In this document: positions 60,475 through 64,000 of the stretch, piece by piece
Layout of the letters: each line of letters begins with the position of its first letter
How positions within the stretch are numbered: the first letter of the stretch is position 1
Source of the DNA: Xylographa opegraphella
Taxonomy: Eukaryota
Reading direction: 5' to 3'
Length of the DNA stretch: 64,000 nucleotides
NCBI GenBank assembly: GCA_022813865.1
Contig: JALDZX010000038.1
Location: forward strand, 124,001-188,000
The notes under the pieces: generated by a model
Told to the model about the DNA's origin: nothing
Databases searched by the model: none
The model's input: the letters and a program-made list of their open reading frames with translations, nothing else
Program-made: the position numbers and the translations under genes

Positions 60475-62313
60475 TCAGTTTGAGACAGGATCGACGGTTA
60501 ACCCAGCTCCATCTGTCAGTCCCTTGCTCAGTCCGATTCCATTTTCCACGGGCTCGTGATTGGGGACATCGGCCTGAGCCTTCGTCTTGGGTTCATCTTC
60601 GAACAATTTCGATTTGCCCTCATCAGAGAACTCGCTCTTCCTCTTCGACTTCGTGATTGGTGCTTTGCGTGGTGGACTCTTCGGCTCAACCTTTTCGTGG
60701 GCCTTGCTTGCTGAGCTTGCAGTAGGCCGCATCATTCTTGCAAGGAATCCTTCATCTGGTGGCTTCGAACCCACCGTACTGGCCCGGGACTTGGGGCGGT
60801 CGGCGGGATGCGAACCAGGGGGCAATGATGGACGGGAGGATTTCTTCTGCAATCCAGGAGCAGCACTGGCAGCTGGGACTACTCGAGAACTCACGATGAG
60901 GCGGTCTTTCTTCTGGGTTGAAGCCTTACGATCGGTACTTGTACCAATCGTGCTTGTACCGTTGGATAGTTGCGTGGACGAATTAGCTCCGAGCTTTGCG
61001 GCAGAGGCAGCTGTAGGAGCAGTGGCCGCAGCTGGGAGACGTGTAGGTCGTGTGGGCGACTTGGGCGTGGGTTTCTTTGGTAGAGAGGAAGAAGCTGTCG
61101 GAGCTTTCTTGGCCTCAGAAGCAGTAGTTGTGGATGTAGGAGGCGGTTTTGAGTTTGAGGTCGAAGTGACGCGTTTGCTTGTGGCTGCATTCGACGCTGG
61201 TGGCATTGGAGGATACTTGGTCTTCCCGTCCCATTTGTTTGCCTCCAGCGAAGATTTGGTGGCGCCTGTAACGGTCGGCTTTGCAGAGATCCCAGTGGAA
61301 ACTCTACTGGTCGGTTTTCCTGGCAAAGCTTGCCGAGGAGAACTCGTCTTTCCAAGCGGCTGTCTAGGAGAAGATGTCTTTGGACTTGCAGTCTGACTCG
61401 GTGTGATAGGCGTCTTAGGAGTACTGGGCTTGGCCGATTTCATAGCTTTGCCGGAAGACTGTGCGTGACTAGATTTCGGACCCTGCGGGGTGACTCCTTT
61501 TGTCGAGATTGGAGAAGGTCTTGAGGACAACCCCATAGGATCCGCTGCAGACTTTGCAGTTGTCGGGACTATACCATTTGATATAGGGTTCTGCTTCTCC
61601 TGAGCTGGTGTGATAGATTTTTCAAGTTTGGCTTCAGGAGAGTTGTCAGTGGTTTCGTTGTCAGGCAGTATTGGTGTTTTGGTCGCAGTACTGTCTTCTG
61701 CTTCAAATGAAGAACCTTTAAGAACGTGCCCAAGATCTTCAATGATACTCGATGGTGCAGCGGTAGAATTCTTTGCGATATCTCCAGGGACATTAGCTGC
61801 CGGATTTGCAGAACTATTGATACCTGGTTTGGTATCCTGATATTCAACGGCTTCGGGCTCGTTGGAGTCCGCAGGTTTAAGTGAGTTCGCAGGTCCATCG
61901 AAATTGATGTTTCCGTCTATTTCACCACGTTTTACATTCTCGGGTGCTTCGGAAGCTTGAGTACCATTTGTTCTGCTTCTATGTGGATTTTCGCCATTGA
62001 TTTCCACCTGTTGTCCTGGGGTAATCGAATCCGTATTCACACCACCAGTTTCCCTATTCTCACCATTGCCCACTCGTGGGACTGCATCACCAGTATCACT
62101 CATCTTCCTCAAGCCAATGGCAGGCCCCAATAGACCACTCCGTTCGACTGCTACAAAGCTTGTGCGTACTTTTGAAAGCGGCCTTGAGCTCGTGCTTCTT
62201 ATGCCTTCAGAACCGACTGGTGACCGACCTCTGGAAGGAGGTGACGTGTTCTCGCTTTTGGCCTCAAACATTGCCCGTATACCACGAACACCACTGCTTG
62301 ATCGTTCTCCCAT
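60475..62313 (-). CDS. Hypothetical low-complexity S/T/P/K-rich protein with short conserved-looking motifs
   Basis: Single long ORF; GVRGIRAMFE, RPLSKVRTSFVAVE, PTRLPAAATAPTAAS, FLARMMRPTASSASK; first ATG at 62313. Confidence 0.75.
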   Translation of the reverse strand: MGERSSSGVRGIRAMFEAKSENTSPPSRGRSPVGSEGIRSTSSRPLSKVRTSFVAVERSGLLGPAIGLRKMSDTGDAVPRVGNGENRETGGVNTDSITPGQQVEINGENPHRSRTNGTQASEAPENVKRGEIDGNINFDGPANSLKPADSNEPEAVEYQDTKPGINSSANPAANVPGDIAKNSTAAPSSIIEDLGHVLKGSSFEAEDSTATKTPILPDNETTDNSPEAKLEKSITPAQEKQNPISNGIVPTTAKSAADPMGLSSRPSPISTKGVTPQGPKSSHAQSSGKAMKSAKPSTPKTPITPSQTASPKTSSPRQPLGKTSSPRQALPGKPTSRVSTGISAKPTVTGATKSSLEANKWDGKTKYPPMPPASNAATSKRVTSTSNSKPPPTSTTTASEAKKAPTASSSLPKKPTPKSPTRPTRLPAAATAPTAASAAKLGANSSTQLSNGTSTIGTSTDRKASTQKKDRLIVSSRVVPAASAAPGLQKKSSRPSLPPGSHPADRPKSRASTVGSKPPDEGFLARMMRPTASSASKAHEKVEPKSPPRKAPITKSKRKSEFSDEGKSKLFEDEPKTKAQADVPNHEPVENGIGLSKGLTDGAGLTVDPVSN

Positions 62314-62868
62314 GGCTGCATACACGTTAATAATTAGCCTTGGTGATTCTGCGAAAAAGTGTTCGCCGTGTCTCTATCATCAATGCAAAACGTCCATTGA
62401 GGGGAATGCCAAGGTGTTCAAACACAGGGGAAGTTGGCTCCCGAGACGCGACGCGATGTCTTTGTTGACAATGTGCAGAGCAAGAAAGACTTACGATTCA
62501 CACGAACGACATGAGGAACGAATAGACCACTAATGTGGACAGATTGCCAAAGGAACTAGCTATGTCAGACTCCCGAGGTCTTCTGGGTAGAAGTAATGGA
62601 GCAGGTTACTACCGTACCTGCTTGGATTTACTTTTCGGCCCAGGAGCTATGACCTACTCTCGGCTAGAGCCGCCAAGCAAGCGTGACAGCGGGCTGGATG
62701 ATTGGTGATGGCAGCCTCACTACTTTAGACTACCTACTCTGTATTGTATTCGATTCACATGGCGACAGTGTCCGTGCCTATCTGATGTCCTGGCCACAAT
62801 ACTTATCAAAGCGGCATCATCAGCTCGTATTTTCTTAACAGGAGTAACCACTATCTCCTCTTGCGAAC

Positions 62869-64000
62869 ATGGCTAGCTCCAACGGAGAGGAGCGGCTATT
62901 GACTCTGTAGGCAGAATACTCATTTCTTGCACGGTGGAACACCAGGCTCACAGCAGGTCTTATAGTTACGCCGATGTTCATTACTACTTCAGCGAACCCA
63001 CTCCGAGACCGCTTCATCACCGCTTCGATAAAGGGTCATATGTCTACCTCTACAGAAATACGACCGAGAAGCGGGGCAGACTCGAAATCGCAAACAATGC
63101 TGGAAAGCCAGAGCAGGATGCTTTTACAGGCTGTGAGATAAGATTCTTACGAGTTGGGCAGGTTCTTGCTGACTCATATAGACCTCGACTCTGCCAAAAT
63201 ATCACAATCCTACAAACATCCGACACTTTGTACTATTGTCGTCGATGGGTTTCATTCCCGTACAGGATCCAAGTCATCACCCATTTCGCAAGATAATCAT
63301 CACTGGCGGCTACCAAGCACTGATCCTCGTGATGAGGGAAAGTTCCTCTTCCGCCTTCATACAATCGACCTGTACTTCTGGACGGTCCAAGACGCCCAAA
63401 CATTTCTTGCCGCTGTTCGGAGGTCTCTGCAGGAAGAGCAACTAGATATTGAAGGGCCAGTAGCACCAGAGCCGCATGTTGGAGTCATGAGTCCTGTAGT
63501 TCAGCAGTTGGAAAAGGTTGCCATTACAGATCCCGCATATCACAATGGACAGACTCGTAATTCTCGTACTGCTTCCATACCGACAACGTCTCCAGCACCA
63601 GCGCAGTCGACACAAGAGGATCCGAGGAAGCAGGAGGCTGCAGACTTCACACCGTTAGCATACAATCCTGCTGCACCTCCAGCTCCCGAGGTCATCAAGC
63701 ACCGCGAGAAAACACCGCCGCCACCGGAAGCCGTAGCAGGCACTGGCTTGGCCGCTGCAGCATACCACGATCAAGTGCAAGCTTCTCGCCCTCAAGATCA
63801 TACTTCGTTTTCTCCTGTTCCTCCAGCCAATATGCAGTCCCCACCGCCTAACATGCAATCACCACAAGCATATTCGGGCCCTCCACAAAGCCATGCCTCT
63901 TCCGCTTATGGACCAGATTCGCCCTCCGGACCATATACCACCTCACCCTCAACTTCGACACAAGGCAATCGAGTATCAAGTATTTCTTCACTGCCTCCGC
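62869..64000 (+). CDS. Hypothetical fungal protein, 5' part, truncated by the window end
   Basis: MASSNGEERLLTL|YADVHYYF...HHRFDKGSYVYLY...|...RLHTIDLYFW...AYNPAAPPAPEVIKHREKTPPP; two GT-AG introns; frame stays open to the window end. Confidence 0.75.

Noticed and set aside
60587..61396. 269-aa plus-strand ORF
   Set aside because: Antisense shadow of the 60475-62313 gene

Overview
Eukaryotic genomic DNA from a filamentous ascomycete (Pezizomycotina): short GT-AG introns with CTRAY branch points and dense gene packing. About 25 protein-coding loci are visible. Conserved genes include a ZIP zinc transporter, a DTD-motif fungal rhodopsin, RPS11, SPC105/KNL1, mitochondrial TyrRS (CYT-18 type), a GH36 Sip1-like enzyme, CAC2, an ABCC transporter, PIL1, TRAX, GPI14, ERG9, DJP1, APC11, TUM1, a GH30 xylanase and MRPS8. 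An accessory island at about 45.6-57.2 kb holds a 24-bp-repeat orphan gene, an O-methyltransferase with a repeat-built acidic tail spanning an assembly gap, a HET-domain pseudogene with three lesions and a tandemly quadruplicated start codon, an intact divergent HET-domain gene and a possible kinase relic. The main leads are a probable unrecognised Atg31-like gene (39.8-40.4 kb), an Nmd4-like PIN protein, the head-to-head HET pair, frequent AAG splice acceptors and a clear XlnR/CreA/CCAAT promoter. No rRNA, tRNA, CRISPR or intact transposon was seen. All homology calls come from recalled motifs, not database searches, and exon boundaries were read by eye.
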